From Harriotta raleighana (Eukaryota), in NCBI GenBank assembly GCA_050575255.1, contig JBNZDD010013568.1, forward strand, positions 1,109,243 to 1,173,242: a DNA stretch of 64,000 nt. Direction: 5' to 3'. How positions within the stretch are numbered: position 1 is the stretch's first letter; the number at the start of each line of letters is the position of its first letter. Below the pieces are notes generated by a model that did no database searches, was not told where the DNA came from, and saw only the letters and a list, made by a program, of their open reading frames with translations. The position numbers and the translations under genes are program-made. Shown here one piece after another: positions 51,291 to 64,000 of this stretch.

Positions 51291-52419
51291 GACAGTATTA
51301 ATTATTTTCCAACTAAATGTAAGTCGTATATTCTGCACATCTCCTGCCATCTCTGCAAGGCAAGATTAAGTAGATGTGGTCCGTGTTTCTGATGGGAACA
51401 TAATTTACAGTTTTGCCAGGTTTTGCTGTGGTAGTCTGATAAACAGTTGATCTGACACAGCTCCCACTCATGCTTGGCATAACCTGCCCTATCACCCTGC
51501 ACCTATCTCCTTTCCCAGCACGCCCACTCCTGCACAGCATCCCACTTCCAGCATTAAAAAGAAAAGCAGAGAAGAAATCTGAAGGCAGGGGCGGTGAAAA
51601 TTTATTTTCTATAACTATTATGGAATTTGCTTTTTCTCCCCCACCATTCAAAATTCCTAAAATCACAAACACAGGGTTGCAGAGGAATTGTAGGTTTCAG
51701 GTCTCTCTAATGAACAGCGGAAACAATGGTTCTATCCAGTCAGCATTGCAAGATTAATTTGCAATTGAAGCTTCTTTCACACAGAATTACGGTGAGTAAG
51801 ATTGTAAAGTTCCAGGTAAGCACATAAAGGTAAATTCAAATTATTCATGTTCAGAGAATGGGTGTAACCTATAAATCTACCTGTACCCTTTGGCATTAGG
51901 TACCTCACAAACTGTACGGCAACGCAGAGAGTAATGCTTGCGAAGAGTTTAAGAGATATACATGCTTTTCCTGCTTCCACCCGTATGGTGATATGATAAT
52001 CCTATATGCCTATTAAACATGAATTGAAGCATTTTGCTTGTTACTAGGATAAAACATAAGAAATACTCAGATTGCCTGTGGCATACTTGGGAGTCCGTAC
52101 ATATGTCAATGTGTGACAGACCACAGGCCTTAAACACAAAACAAACCATTGAAGGATGATTTCACAATTACAACACAATATAAAATCTCTCAATTCCAAA
52201 TGCCTCCAGGACAGTTTCAAACGCAATTTCAGAACAATGCCAATTGTATCCGTAAATTTAAAAGAAAAACTCTAACTAGTACAGCTCAGCCTTCAGTAGT
52301 TCAGGTGAAGCAATGTCCAACCTATGGACTATCTCCAAAACAAGGCCATACAAAGAGAAAGCACATTTCTACAGTGAAGCTCAATCGGGTGTCTGTTCAA
52401 TCTCATGAGTGTAGGAGCC

Positions 52420-52570
52420 CCACTGCCTGTTGAGTGGGCAGCTGAACCATACAGACCAGAAGGCCCAGGTTCAATCCCCGGTCTGTGCTGAATTCCCTCT
52501 CAGGTCTCAGCCTCTGCTGTTGGGTCTCAGCTCCCTGCATTTGCCTACTTAATTCTAGAGGAAGAGCAAC
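52420..52570 (+). mobile_element. Older tRNA-derived SINE, 5' part
   Basis: ctgaaccatacagaccagaaggcccaGGTTCAATCCCcggtctgtgctga contains a B box and the family body. Confidence 0.65.
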
Positions 52571-55500
52571 ACTCACTTCAAGCCACAAAGGAAATTTCCA
52601 TGTGTGGTTTGCATGGATATGCTTCAGTGACAAGGCTGCCCAACAAGCAACAATTATTAAGGAGCGGAATGAGATTATTCCTCATATAGGAGGTAACTTC
52701 AGTCCTGTACAGAAACCTCTCAGAGGGAAAATGGTTGAAGCCAGAATTCACTGGACACATTTAAGAAATCACTTGTGAAGGCTGAGATCAAATCTTTCTT
52801 TAGTCGTTTGAAAATAATAATTATGAATGGTTCCTAATGGGTTTGTTTCACAGCATAAACTAACACTTCATTCCACCAAAACTATCTACAGTACAATTAA
52901 TATAATTAGATTTTAGTTGCTTCACTATATTTGCAATTGCTCCTGGATGAACTGTGAGCACCTGAAATGACTAACAATATGAAATATAGACTTTGGTGCA
53001 ACTACATTTACCTCTGAGAAATACAAAAGAAAAAGATCTAGCCCTCACTTCCCGGCTTGACATCTGCGATCCATTTGGAGAATATTCACTGTGTTTAACC
53101 CCCAATTCCAAGAGAAACACAGCATTAGTGTGAAATGTAATAAGCTCATTAGACATCTAAATTGTAGCCAACTCCAAATGATCTTGGATTGAGAAACACT
53201 GAGAAAAAGGAAAAGCTGTTAAAAAAATGAAAAACAGTGTTGCCTGTCCATGGAAAAAGCTAAAAAAAAAAAACCCTTTCTGTGTTTAAAGTGTTAATGT
53301 GAAACACCAATTCAGTTGATTTAGTACCATCTTCAAGGCAATTAATCAACACAACAGGTTTTTTTTCGCCTTGTTTGAACTGGTGAAAACAACACAACAT
53401 CTATAACTCTGCTTCCAGCAGGTCCACCTTACAGAGGAGAAAGCTGCAATTCCGTTTCAAGCTCTCCAGTGCTCTTGTTGGGGGGAGGTGGGAAAGGGAA
53501 AGTGCACCTCACCTCCACTAACCAGTGTTTAATGTGTCATTAGCATAAACATGAAAGTTCCTCCAAAGTTTTCCTCAATTTCAAGCCCAGGCTCATTTTC
53601 GGATTCATGTAAATACTACCCTGATGTAACTCAATCCCCTGGAAACCCACTCCCTCACAGTGGCAACAGCGACAGCCACAATTTGGGGCTTGGGGACTTT
53701 GTGCGGCAATTCACTGCAAACTTCTAACTGGGCACTGCTCACTTACTCGCTGAGTCTCCTTTTTATCTCGCAATTTAATTAATGCAACTTTGTGTGCTAC
53801 CTCTTGGCAACATCCAGAGGCCTGGGGCTTGCAGGTTGCCTGAGGTGTCAATACGGGAGATGCTCAGTACTGTGGGTAAGATTCACTGTTGTGACAAGGT
53901 GTAAAATCTTTTCAGTTTTACACTGGAAATCCAGCCTGGCACATTATGATGTGTGGAATTAATACTGCTGGCCCTCTGAAGCCCTTGGCTGCGGATCTAA
54001 AATGTGACCAAGCAACTCTCCGAGGAGCTTTAATAACATAAACTGCCTCCCCAGGTGCTTGGTGCCCACAGCCTGCACTGCTTCAGTCTGGCAGGGGATC
54101 AGAGTGACACACATCCTCACAAGCGTGAAGTGTTTACTGCATACAATTCTCACGCTATACATGCACAAAGAATTTTCTTGCTGTCAAAACTGTCAAGCCC
54201 GTTCCCTGCTTTTATCTGCCAGATCCAGTTTTCGGCTGACATTTTTAATAAATACTTTGAGATGCCAAACACATTTGCTGCAAGTCTTTTTCAGCCATTA
54301 GCTGCACAATGGACAATGAAAGCCATAATAACCAATATATTATGCTCACTCGGAATCCTATCAAAAGTACTTCACATCGAAAGGAAAGGTAGTGTTTTTA
54401 ATTTGAAAGCTAAATGAACTGTCCAATTGGATTTTGTTAGGTTGATGTGTTTTCATGACTGCTTCTGGTTATGAAGTATATTTCAGTGAACATTGAAACC
54501 TCAGTGAGGGAATTGCATAAATTCACCTTGCTTTAACGAAGCTCTCATTTAAACTGCCATGTTTGACCACTCGAACATTAATCTGCCTTGCACATCTGAT
54601 TGTGAAATGGCAAACTGTGGCTCATTATTAAATAAATCTGTAATTAGAAGTGAAATAACTGTCAGCCATTGGGTTTGATTGCTTAAACTGTCAGTTAACG
54701 ATGGTGAGTGTGAATAAATGTGAATATAATATTATTCTGTGTGGTCAAGCTGCACATTAAGAATATTCAACATTGTGTGGAACACATCTATACAGAATAA
54801 GACACACCAGAGAGTAAGTGACGAGACTGCAATCCAACCTGGCTCAGATGAGACAAAGGACAAGTGTGATGATTAAGGTTTATGAATATTGATTGAAAGC
54901 TGACGTTTGGCAAAGCCTTTTGACTGATTCCCAGCAATCGATTATTTTATAGATTGGTTGGGTATCTGGAGAATGCCAGTTTGAGGCTATTCTGAGGGCA
55001 TCGTTCTGTTGAATTACTTTTAAAGAAAACTATATTACAGTTTCTGCCATCTGGATCCAAACAGTGATTCTCTCAGCCCCTGACATGCATTGGAACTTAA
55101 AATTAACAAAATCATGTATATATAAATTACGATGACACAAAGTTTTTATGAAATAATTGGCTATAAATTATACATAGACTAACAAATCTGTGGAGGAGCT
55201 ATTAAACGGCAATTCAATCAAGGGGTGCTGATATCATAAATACTTAAGCATAAAGCTCGCTTTCTGAATGACTTATTTTAGATAATATATGGGGAATAAA
55301 ATTACATTGAGAAATGTACTGTAAGAAACACTCAAGCATTTTCACAGCATCAAAACTACAGAATGAAGCTCCAACAGTTTACAGAGACTGACGTAGTCTA
55401 ACGTATTGCGTAACACTTTGATGTGTAAGAATTTTCCAGTGTTAAAGACGTTCCACTTTTATCACACGAACGTTCATTAATTGAGCAAATTTTGTTTCAA

Positions 55501-56267
55501 TCTACAACCTGCTGTGATTGTGTCTCGAGATGTGACCGTGACTCATGTGACAGGAAGATTTAAAAGGCGTTTTCAGGGAAAGGCAGCATTTTGCAGTTAT
55601 ATCGCACCCTGTATAGATGATGCAGGAAGCAAGATGATTTCCTACCTTGTAAGTCGATATAATATTTGTGAAATCAAATTTGAAAACCCCAAACCGTTTT
55701 TCTTTCTGCACCACTGTACTGACTATCAATAATGGAATGTTTCTGTTCACTCCTGATAAGTGATTACTTTTGCGTTCACGATGGATTTTTGTTCAGGTTT
55801 ACAGCCCAAATTGCACATTTGCCTCCAGATAAATATGTCTTTACTTACAATCTTCCAAACAGCAAAAAAAAAAAGTACATTTCGGAAAATATTCCATTAT
55901 CATTAAATTTTTCAACGGGAAAGTATTAAAATACTTTGATCTCAATTCCTAATATGTGACCAATAGGTTGCAGAATATTGTTGGTTAATTTACCATAAAA
56001 TGTGGTGCACTGGGTTCAATGTTTAATAGCTGCATGCCCAGTGTATACAGCAAGATAATAAAATTTCTCAACTGAAGTAGTGCACAAGTTGCAACTCCCA
56101 AGTCTGCAGGTTATAAGAACATGCAACTCATTCACTGGAATTTATAGAAAATTAATGTTCTATATTGTAACACAGTGAATGCAACTAAGCTAAGGCACCA
56201 GTAAATGTTGGGTTTCAGTAAGAAATGAGTGAATATTTTATCACTTATTGATCAAAAGAGAAGGGAG

Positions 56268-56430
56268 CTTCTCCCTGTGTCCTGGCCAACTCGGCTGTTT
56301 GGGAGACATTGCTGTGGGCAAATTGACTGCCATGTTTGTCAATAACTACAGAGGCTATTATTATTTGCAGAAGCTTTGTGATGCACTTTGAGATGTTCCT
56401 AACAATATAGGATCCATGTCAAATGTAAGG
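56268..56430 (+). mobile_element. Deu-type SINE 3' part
   Basis: gagcttctccctgtgtcctggccaac..tgctgtgggcaaattgactgccatgttt..gcactttgagatgttcct. Confidence 0.7.
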
Positions 56431-58421
56431 GTTATGGTGATGATAATAATACATATCAGCCATATAAATATACATATAAATGAAACCAATTTATTTGGTT
56501 ATTAGCCTGTCTCAGATGGTAGCAACATCACCCCAGTCAGGTTGTCCTATGTTGGGACTTGTTGAACATTTCATGGCTAAACACAAAAGGCGCTCTATAA
56601 ATGTAATTTTGTTATAGATGTTGACATTGTTCCTATACGCCACTCTGAGGCTCACGTATGTAAACTGCTCATGCCTTTTCCTATCGCCTGAATTTCTTGC
56701 ATCAGATTAACAGTTTGTAACCCACCCCACCCCTCAGTATCCATGCTCCTCCATTTATTGTCTTAAAATTTAATTGATGGTGTATTAAAAATATACTATA
56801 ATTCCTAACCTACAAACATGTTTAGGACTAGCGAATGTTAGTCTAAATGTAAGCCTATCTTCTGCATTAGTAATTGGAGGCTAACCTGATGGCAAGGTTA
56901 CAACTGCCAGGTTTAACCCCAATAATCTGTACATGTGATACGAGTGGCTGTGCACTATAACTGGAATGCAGCGCATGCATGAGTTGCGTATTAGAACATC
57001 CTATTGTAAAGGTGTGGTGTGAACATGTACACACCTTCCATGCAATTATACTAAATAATGTTGTCTGCCTATAACATACCAGGGAATTGAGGATAAGCAA
57101 GCCAATCGAAGGCCAACAGCTTTCAATTGGCCCACTGTCCTGAAACCCCTCGTATAGTACAGCTGGATCTTACCTCCTTAGTGTGAGTTGACGTTGATAG
57201 AATTGCTGCCTTCTTGTTCTGTTGTGGACCTCGGTAGTGAATTCGGCATATTGACTGCTCCTGAAGTTTGCGGTAGTTTTCCCGCTGTGAGGTAAGTGGA
57301 AACGTGATTTCAAATATGTCCTGAGGGCCCTCCCTGTTAACGTGCATTTTTAGGAACTGGTGGTGGTTGGTGATTTTGTTGACATTTTCTATATATATAT
57401 ATAAAAACACTGTACACTGTCCTTCAAAAAAATAAAGATGTTTCCTTTGAAAAGCTCAATGTGCTGTTAAGAGCCATTTGGATTTTAATTATGGATTTTC
57501 TGAGCGCAGGTGAGGCACCAGCATCTCACTGGCTTCAATGATTGACCAAAACCCTGGTCCTCATCCAACTGATGTCAATTCAGATCAATGGGTGGATACA
57601 AGCCTTTACTAGTTGGAGCTCATGGTAGCATGACGAACTGAACAGGTTTGAACAAGCGGTTAATCAATAGAATAGAAATAGTTTGACAGGTATGGTTAAA
57701 TTTCAGTGCAGACATTTTGTCCCATCTCTGTGAAGGTACGACAGGAAACAGAAGGTGATACAAATGGATCTTCAGAACAAAAATAGAGAGCCTTCCATTT
57801 TCAGACTTAAAAGGTGCCAATGAACTCTGAGTTTGACCACAACAAAAGCATTTTAATAAAAACCTCCTAGAAAACCGTTGCATTATATGTGGGTTATTCA
57901 ACAGGTATACGGTTGGGCAACATGTACAAAGGGCTTTACTTGTGTCAGTGTTAGTGTGAGTTTTTGTACACTTTACAGATGATCAGTGAGACAATAAGGA
58001 ATGGTTTCAAATATTCAATATAGAGTCTTTACAGGAAATATTGCCAGTCAAAGCCTGTTAGAAATACCAGTGCTGTCAAAAAAGGAGGGGATGATGTCTA
58101 GTTGCACCTCATTATCATGTGCAGTACTAACCAAGCTAATAGTGTTTTTATTATTCAGTGATAATGGCATTTGCACATCAAGGTCTTTGCAGATCCCTAA
58201 GTCCTTTCCTTTAATAGGCAAATCCTGTTTAAGTGCTGCACCACTCAAAATTCCCAGCAGTCGGGGTGTCTGGCCTAACAGCAGAATGAAGCGTTGCATG
58301 CCATTTTATAAAAACATCTCCATTCTTGACTTCAAAATCCCTTGTTCACAAAGCAATTCCAGCAGCCTGTCACCACAGCTGAACACCAAGTGCAGTTTCT
58401 TTCTCTGAAGAGTGTACTTAC

Positions 58422-58523
58422 ATCACTAAGCTTGTCTTTGGAGCTGCTCCGCTGTGAACTGTTGGCTTCTCTGACACTGTCGTCCTCGCTGTTCCTGCCA
58501 TTGCGGTTGGAAGAAACCTTCAT
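58422..58523 (-). CDS. FBRSL1: Internal coding exon (exon 3 equivalent) of fibrosin-like 1, AUTS2 family; 102 nt, phase 0/0
   Basis: Minus strand reads ctctcttgtcatgcag|ATGAAG...AGTGAT|gtaagt, with canonical acceptor and donor. Translation MKVSSNRNGRNSEDDSVREANSSQRSSSKDKLSD resembles recalled FBRSL1 (MKV..DSDDDSVLEA..LSD) and AUTS2 exon 3 (..RSSSRERLSD). It joins in frame to the exon at 47128-47163. Confidence 0.88.
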
Positions 58524-58756
58524 CTGCATGACAAGAGAGGGAGAAGCTAGAATTATGACAGAGCCAGAATGTAGGCTGATACTGAACAGCGCAAGCCACA
58601 AGCTCGCTGATTTAAAACGACTGCCGATGAAAGAGATCGCTCCAAAACCAACATGGCAGCTCTGGGCAGGGAAGCCTTTCCTTCTACACAAGGACACATT
58701 GCTGCCTGCCACTAACTAAGGTTCAAAATTAAGTGACTGAAGAATAATCAAAATGA

Positions 58757-58990
58757 GAACAACAAACAACTTGCACTTATATAGCACCCTCCATGCCGGA
58801 TGGTGTCTCAAAGTGCTTAACAGTGGTGAAGCAACAACAAAATTACATTTGTATAGATAGCATCTTTCACATCGGGAGGAGGTGCAGGATCAGTATTTCA
58901 GACCCAAGCTCGGGGGGGAGGGGGGAATTGGGGAGGGTGATCGAAGGCACGGTCGAAGAGGAGGGTTTTGAAGATGGGAAGGGGTGAGGA
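58757..58990 (-). mobile_element. Two adjacent L2-type 3' ends
   Basis: aacaacttgcacttatatagcaccctcc..ctcaaagtgctt and caacaacaaaattacattt..tttcacatcgggagg..gaaggcacggtcgaagaggagggttttga. Confidence 0.7.
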
Positions 58991-61754
58991 TTATTATTGT
59001 TAAAATGCAACTATTATTATTATTCAGAAATTGGAACTGTAATGTAACGTGTCAGCCCGTAGAGTGAGTTCCCAATCTCAGCCATGAGGGCAGCTGTGAA
59101 TGGCAGCCTGATTAGCAGACTTTCAAATTACTCACTCAACGGCCAAAATAAAGGCACAACGAGCAAAGAAAGTGGAATAGGGAGTTCACAGAGAATGCGT
59201 ATAAATTGCTTGTGCTCCTGCCTCTCGATCATTCTATAAATAGTTGTAAGCAGCCACCTGGCCACAATTATACCAGAAAGGTTTCCTCCATAAACAAACA
59301 GCATATGCAACATTCAAACCCCCAGGAGCTGCATACTAAGCATTCATTAAATCAACATGCTTTGGATGACTCAGGGAATGACAGCAATTAACTGTACTGC
59401 AATGAACAAGCAGAGAGAAAGGAGGAAAAAATCTGCCCAAGTCACACTGACTGTGATATGCTGATCAAGAATGCAAATTAGAATGAATACCACTGCAATT
59501 AACCTATTAGAGTAAGTATCAATTATTAAACCCGTTTGTTCCTCTGGCTCGCACTACTTGGAATTAAGAGGGTCATCAGCTGATTTGACAGATCATGTTC
59601 TTTTCCACCTGCTGGCTGCCAGTAGGAGGCCACACACCCACTGGCAAGCCAAACCGACCTGTCTTAATCATTCCGAATTACCCTAACAAGCTCCACTCAC
59701 AATTCGGGTAGGAGGAGTTACTGAGCAGCAAAATAAATTAAAAAGTCACCCGACAATCCACTCCGTCACCATCACACCCCCAGATATCGTTCTCCGTGAA
59801 ATGCTGTTTGCAACAACTTCTCTGAAGCTCTCAGTGCTAGCCAGATTCTCAAGAGGCTTAACATATTGAGTTGGGGGTGTTTGAGAATACCTATCATCAA
59901 CCTCATCTCATTCTCCTGAGCGTCCAGCAGGACTCTTGGTTAGCGGTGAGAGCAGGAAACCCGAGACCAGGTACTGCTTTGAGGTTGTCTTAGGTTAAGC
60001 CATTCATTACAGTACATTAAATAATGCATCAAGACGGAACAACATATCATCCGTGGAGCACAGAACATGCCTTGGGAACACATGGATAGATGGCCGCCAC
60101 AGATCTCAACGGGTGCCCAAACATTGCTCATTTAACCAAGAAACTGCTTCTGAACAAGATTGGTTTGCTATTGTTACACTTTGGACCTTTTGAAATACAA
60201 GAATGTTGAGAAGATGGGTGAAAGTCAGAGGAGATTGGTGAAGACTGGTGAAAGGGGGCGCTGGGGGGGGGGGGAAGGGCGGAAACGAGGGAGGTTTGGG
60301 AGACAGAATGAGACGACAAAGGATTCAAAACAAGAGGCTCGAAATGCAACCACCAATTGATTTCTAATTCTTTTACATGTGATTGTGATGAAAAGGAGGA
60401 ATGTAAAGCCCACGAGAGACACTTTGAAGAAAAGGAACATGTCAGCTCCACGATGCAGATCACGATGGCTTTTCCTTATATAAGAGACCAAGGAAGTCAA
60501 CAAGAAAAGACGGCAGTTATCTGTCATGTTCTCTTGTAATCATCTCTTCACTGCTTCACTTCTCTCACAAACTGTCAAGGGCCCCTGATATAAGTGGCTT
60601 CATCTGAAAAGCTCACAGTTTAATCTTCAAATCGTGCTGCTCCCTCTGTCACATCCTCCTACCTCAGCTCATAATGGACTTTCACACTTTACTCCATTTA
60701 TTTTCCCTCCAGTGTCAGAAAAGCACATTTCGTGCCGCGCTTCGCTTTCAAATCATACGAACATTCCCTCTCATTATTAATAAATACACTTTCATTTATC
60801 AAACGCTCCATTTGAGTGCCACATAGGCCCGGGGCAAAAGGAGACAAATTCTTCCTCTAAGTTGTTATGAAAGGTGTCGCACTGAGAGACCCTAACCCCC
60901 ATTAACCCAGCTTCTCGTCTGCTTCTTCTGGGAACAATGAGGCTCCTCAGCAGCTAAACTAGTACTGATCTTGTGCCATCTCAATATATTTGTTCATTAT
61001 CTTCTGCACACACAGAAGCATTTTAAAATGTACTTGGGGCAAGGGCCAAATTGAATCATCTGCCTTAATTTTCCACACAGTCCAAGGCTGCAGCTGCCGT
61101 TGTGGGCTACATCGTTTTCTTTCCCCCTATGATAATAACATTTCCACAGCTCTCAGTTTCAACACGGCCTCTGCAAAATACAAGGTTGTGCCTGCATTTG
61201 GTAAGGTTTCCTCAACTCTGGCAGCCAAGTCACAATCCCTTCTTTCGCATGAAAAACAAAATGGTGCATCATTTGCGTCCTTTATGTTATGAAAAATAAG
61301 GTACATAAAATAGTCAAATTCATCAAAATGGGTCCACAGATCAGTCAATGTGTAAACCCTCAGATTTCAGGACACACTTCCATTCTCTACTGGTTTGCAA
61401 TTAATTTCAAGATAATTCAGATAAACCTCTGCTTTCAATGGAATTGTGTACGGATGGAGCTTGGCATCAGTCTAGAATGGATATACTAGTCTTGCTTCTT
61501 TGAATATGGAATAAAATCACACAAATGATGTTATCAACTGTGATCATGCGCAAAAAGGAAATTGCACTCTTGGAGCTTGCTTTAACAAAACAAAAAATGG
61601 GAATATTTCAATCGAGGAGTCAGCCACATCAAAAATGTCAACAGCTAAATTCTTCACAATGGATCTATGAATGGGAAGAGGTGGCTGGTGGTTAGGTTTC
61701 CAGACATGAAGAAACACCATTCAAATTGTCCAGACTGAGGAGGATAGATTTCTA

Positions 61755-62380
61755 TTAGGTCAGGTTATCAAGGGATATGGAGCAAGGGCAGGTAATTGGA
61801 GTTGAGGAACAGATCTTAAAGAATGGCAGGAAAGGCTCAAGTAGAAGTAAATGGTCTACTTTTGTTTCTATGTTCATCACTAATGGCCCATTGAAGAGCA
61901 AGGAAGACATCAAGGATAAGTGATGTACTTCTGCATTGAGAAAGGAGTGAAAAATGAATATAGAATGGAGAGAAGAGTATCTGACCTGAGCATTTCTTAT
62001 CTGAAAGAAGCTGATGAATAGAGTTGAATCGTTGGCAAGAGTGGACAGGATTGGATGATAAATAAAGGTCATTGATGTGAAAAAACCCCCAAAGCGAGAT
62101 GGAAAACAGAACAAACAGTCTGAGAATAGAGTGAGTGATTTGGAAGGAAACTAAATAATCATAAACCCATCTCTGGTAAAGATGGTCACATACTGCCAGA
62201 CAGGTCAAAGCTTCTAGAGGTGTCCAAAGTGATAAAGAAAGCACCAAGGCATTCAATACTAAAGGTGCAGATTTATAATAAACAAGCATGATCATCGCTA
62301 TGGCACATGGAGAAACATTGGGAACGAAACATAAATTAGACCAGAGCTTCAGAACCTTAGTTTTGCTTAAATCCACACGA
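61755..62380 (-). mobile_element. Ancient L2-like LINE ORF2 remnant (region upstream of the RT domain)
   Basis: Interrupted frames: APL..SLSLWTPLEAL..C..LYQRW (like APL..PWYTPELR.LK..C..LER.W), LFISFFQIRNAQVRYSSL (like FASFF..KI..IRSSL) and SSTPITCPCSI (like SKPTTC.LDPI). Confidence 0.55.
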
Positions 62381-63650
62381 GGACTCTCTCCATTTTAATT
62401 GCTGTTTTGCTAAACTTGGAGCCATTGGGATACAAATGAGCAGCAGCCAAGAAAAGGGAGGTAAGAAGAATTTTACACTGTACATTCCAACTTAATGTTT
62501 AAGAAGTGTCCAACACACAATATGCTCATATAGATCTCATTTATAACAAAACATGTCATTTAGATTTCAAAGATCCTGTTTTAAAGAGGAATTGGGTGTA
62601 ATACAAACAGAGGTTATTTTTACAGAACCAGACATGCTTTTTTTCACAAACTCCTGTGAAAATAAATCAATCAAATTAGATCCAAAAATAACAGCGTAAA
62701 CTTGCTGACATGCCTCAAACCCCTGTGTATCAGAGCAAGACATAAATCAGCTAAAGACTTTTTCTGACTTTTAGCTGCAAGCTTCAACCTAATGCATTCC
62801 AACTGATTTTATATATGCTTAGTTTTATCTTATAATTAGATCAACTGGGAAAAATATCCCGTGTGTCTATGTGGTTTACATTCACAGTAAGCTGGCAGTT
62901 CAGAGGCTACCTATTCCCTAGATTAAGTTCAAAACATTTCAACATTGCTCATTTTTCTATCCTCTTGCTGGTTTTGATGACTTACTGAGCTATACCACTC
63001 CTGGGAAACATGCCCCGCTGCTGTTTTACATAAGCATCTCCTTTGAAATTTCAGTGTTTGCCATTTTTTTTCCAAGCACTTTTTTCCGTTACAGGGCCTA
63101 GATTTTCAAAAAAAAGCCTTGTTTTTCCTGCTGAGGCTGAATTCTCCCTTCTCACAAGGTTTCCCAATGTTGAGGAGTGTACGTGCATATCATGTTTTCA
63201 CGCCAGCTCAGCTATCAGTTGCCTCTGGTTGTCATATTTTTACAGTTCGTGAGTTTGCAGTGAATGAATATCACACGTGAGTCAACATCAGGATATGACA
63301 GACAGACAGACCTCTATCTACAATTCATATTTTTCCTATTTATTTTTCTCCCTCCCCATGAGCTACATGTTTCCATATGGCTTTATTCAACTAACCCTAA
63401 CCCTTCACTATTGACCAGAAAAAGCCACACCAATCAGCTTCCAATGGCAGCACAATGTATTGCAGAGCAATATTCTCCCTCCCTCCAACTGAGAGACCAA
63501 GCGAGGATTGATCATTCACAAGTAAGGACTGCAGATGTTAAACATCAGCCAAGACCTGAGACTGAAACCCACATTCACCTGGCTTTGTTAAACCATGCAG
63601 CATCCAACCTTTGTTAAATCAAACCACAACACGAATATGTAGAAAGGAAT

Positions 63651-63860
63651 TCCTGCCTTTCCTCCTTCAAGGCCAGTCTCAAGACCTTCCTCTTCAACCG
63701 CGCTTTCGGTTCCCCCCTCCAACTCTTCCCACTCTCCTTCCCCCTATCCCCGACCCCCACCCCCCCCATGCTCGGATCCCAATCTGACTGTTCACAGTGC
63801 TTTGGAATGTCCTCCCGATGTGAAAGGCGCTATACAAGTGTCATTTTGTTGTTGTTGTTC
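63651..63860 (+). mobile_element. L2 LINE 3' end with intact tail
   Basis: SSFKASLKTFLFNRAF, a C-rich UTR, then cagtgctttggaatgtcctcccgatgtgaaaggcgctatacaagtgtcattt(tgt)n. Confidence 0.85.
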
Positions 63861-64000
63861 AGTTGTGATAAATTTGCAACCTTGCTTTCACTTCACTTTC
63901 TCCCTCACAGGATTTTCTAATTAAATTATATAATAGACTTCAGAAATATTTCACATGTCTATACAAACACTACATAACCATTTACATGTGTATAGCACCC

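Larger units (their letters stand above)
47164..58421 (-). other. FBRSL1: GT-AG intron between the two FBRSL1 exons (11,258 nt)
   Basis: Bounded by gtaagt at 58421 and cag at 47164 on the minus strand; no convincing intervening coding exon seen. Confidence 0.8.

Noticed and set aside
55560-55700. Weak inverted symmetry (ttatatcg...cgatataa); similar hints at 16225-16500, 27790-27995 and 38950-39100
   Set aside because: Only short patches pair; these may be very old MITEs but cannot be supported by eye.
57174-57218. Possible extra exon NKKAAILSTSTHTKE with gtaaga donor
   Set aside because: No polypyrimidine tract, and the two real exons already join as in the known family sequence.
58342-58719. 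Plus-strand 125-aa ORF and neighbouring 58001-58408 ORF
   Set aside because: Antisense shadow of the real exon and flank; no recognisable protein and no gene structure.
60128-60540. Cluster of ORFs as FBRSL1 exon 2
   Set aside because: No resemblance to the expected charged exon-2 sequence on the minus strand and no matching splice sites; possibly an unrecognisable old repeat.
1-64000. CRISPR arrays, operons, rRNA or other prokaryotic systems
   Set aside because: The sequence is vertebrate intronic DNA, with no regularly spaced repeat-spacer array, no long ORFs and no rRNA-like sequence.

Overview
Vertebrate genomic DNA, almost entirely intronic. The repeat content (Deu-domain-type and other tRNA-derived SINEs, L2 and CR1 LINE ends, Penelope-like ends) points to a cartilaginous fish, possibly a chimaera; this is an inference. 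The window lies inside a minus-strand AUTS2-family gene that best matches FBRSL1. Only two small phase-0 coding exons are present: 58422-58523 (MKVSSNRNGRNSEDDSVREANSSQRSSSKDKLSD) and 47128-47163 (SSAHSFSGRGYS). They are separated by an 11.3 kb intron and followed by more than 47 kb of intron in which I could not find the next exon. None of the supplied ORFs is a real stand-alone gene. The rest is decayed retroelements, simple repeats, several draft-assembly gaps and AT-rich, motif-dense blocks resembling conserved non-coding elements. I cannot confirm a new biological system. The best leads are a ~535 bp inverted repeat, a hammerhead-ribozyme relic in a Penelope-like end, a candidate 22-nt poison microexon or recursive splice site just after the 36-nt exon, bipartite L2 copies and a POU-octamer cluster. 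Family and gene assignments are from recalled motifs, not database searches.
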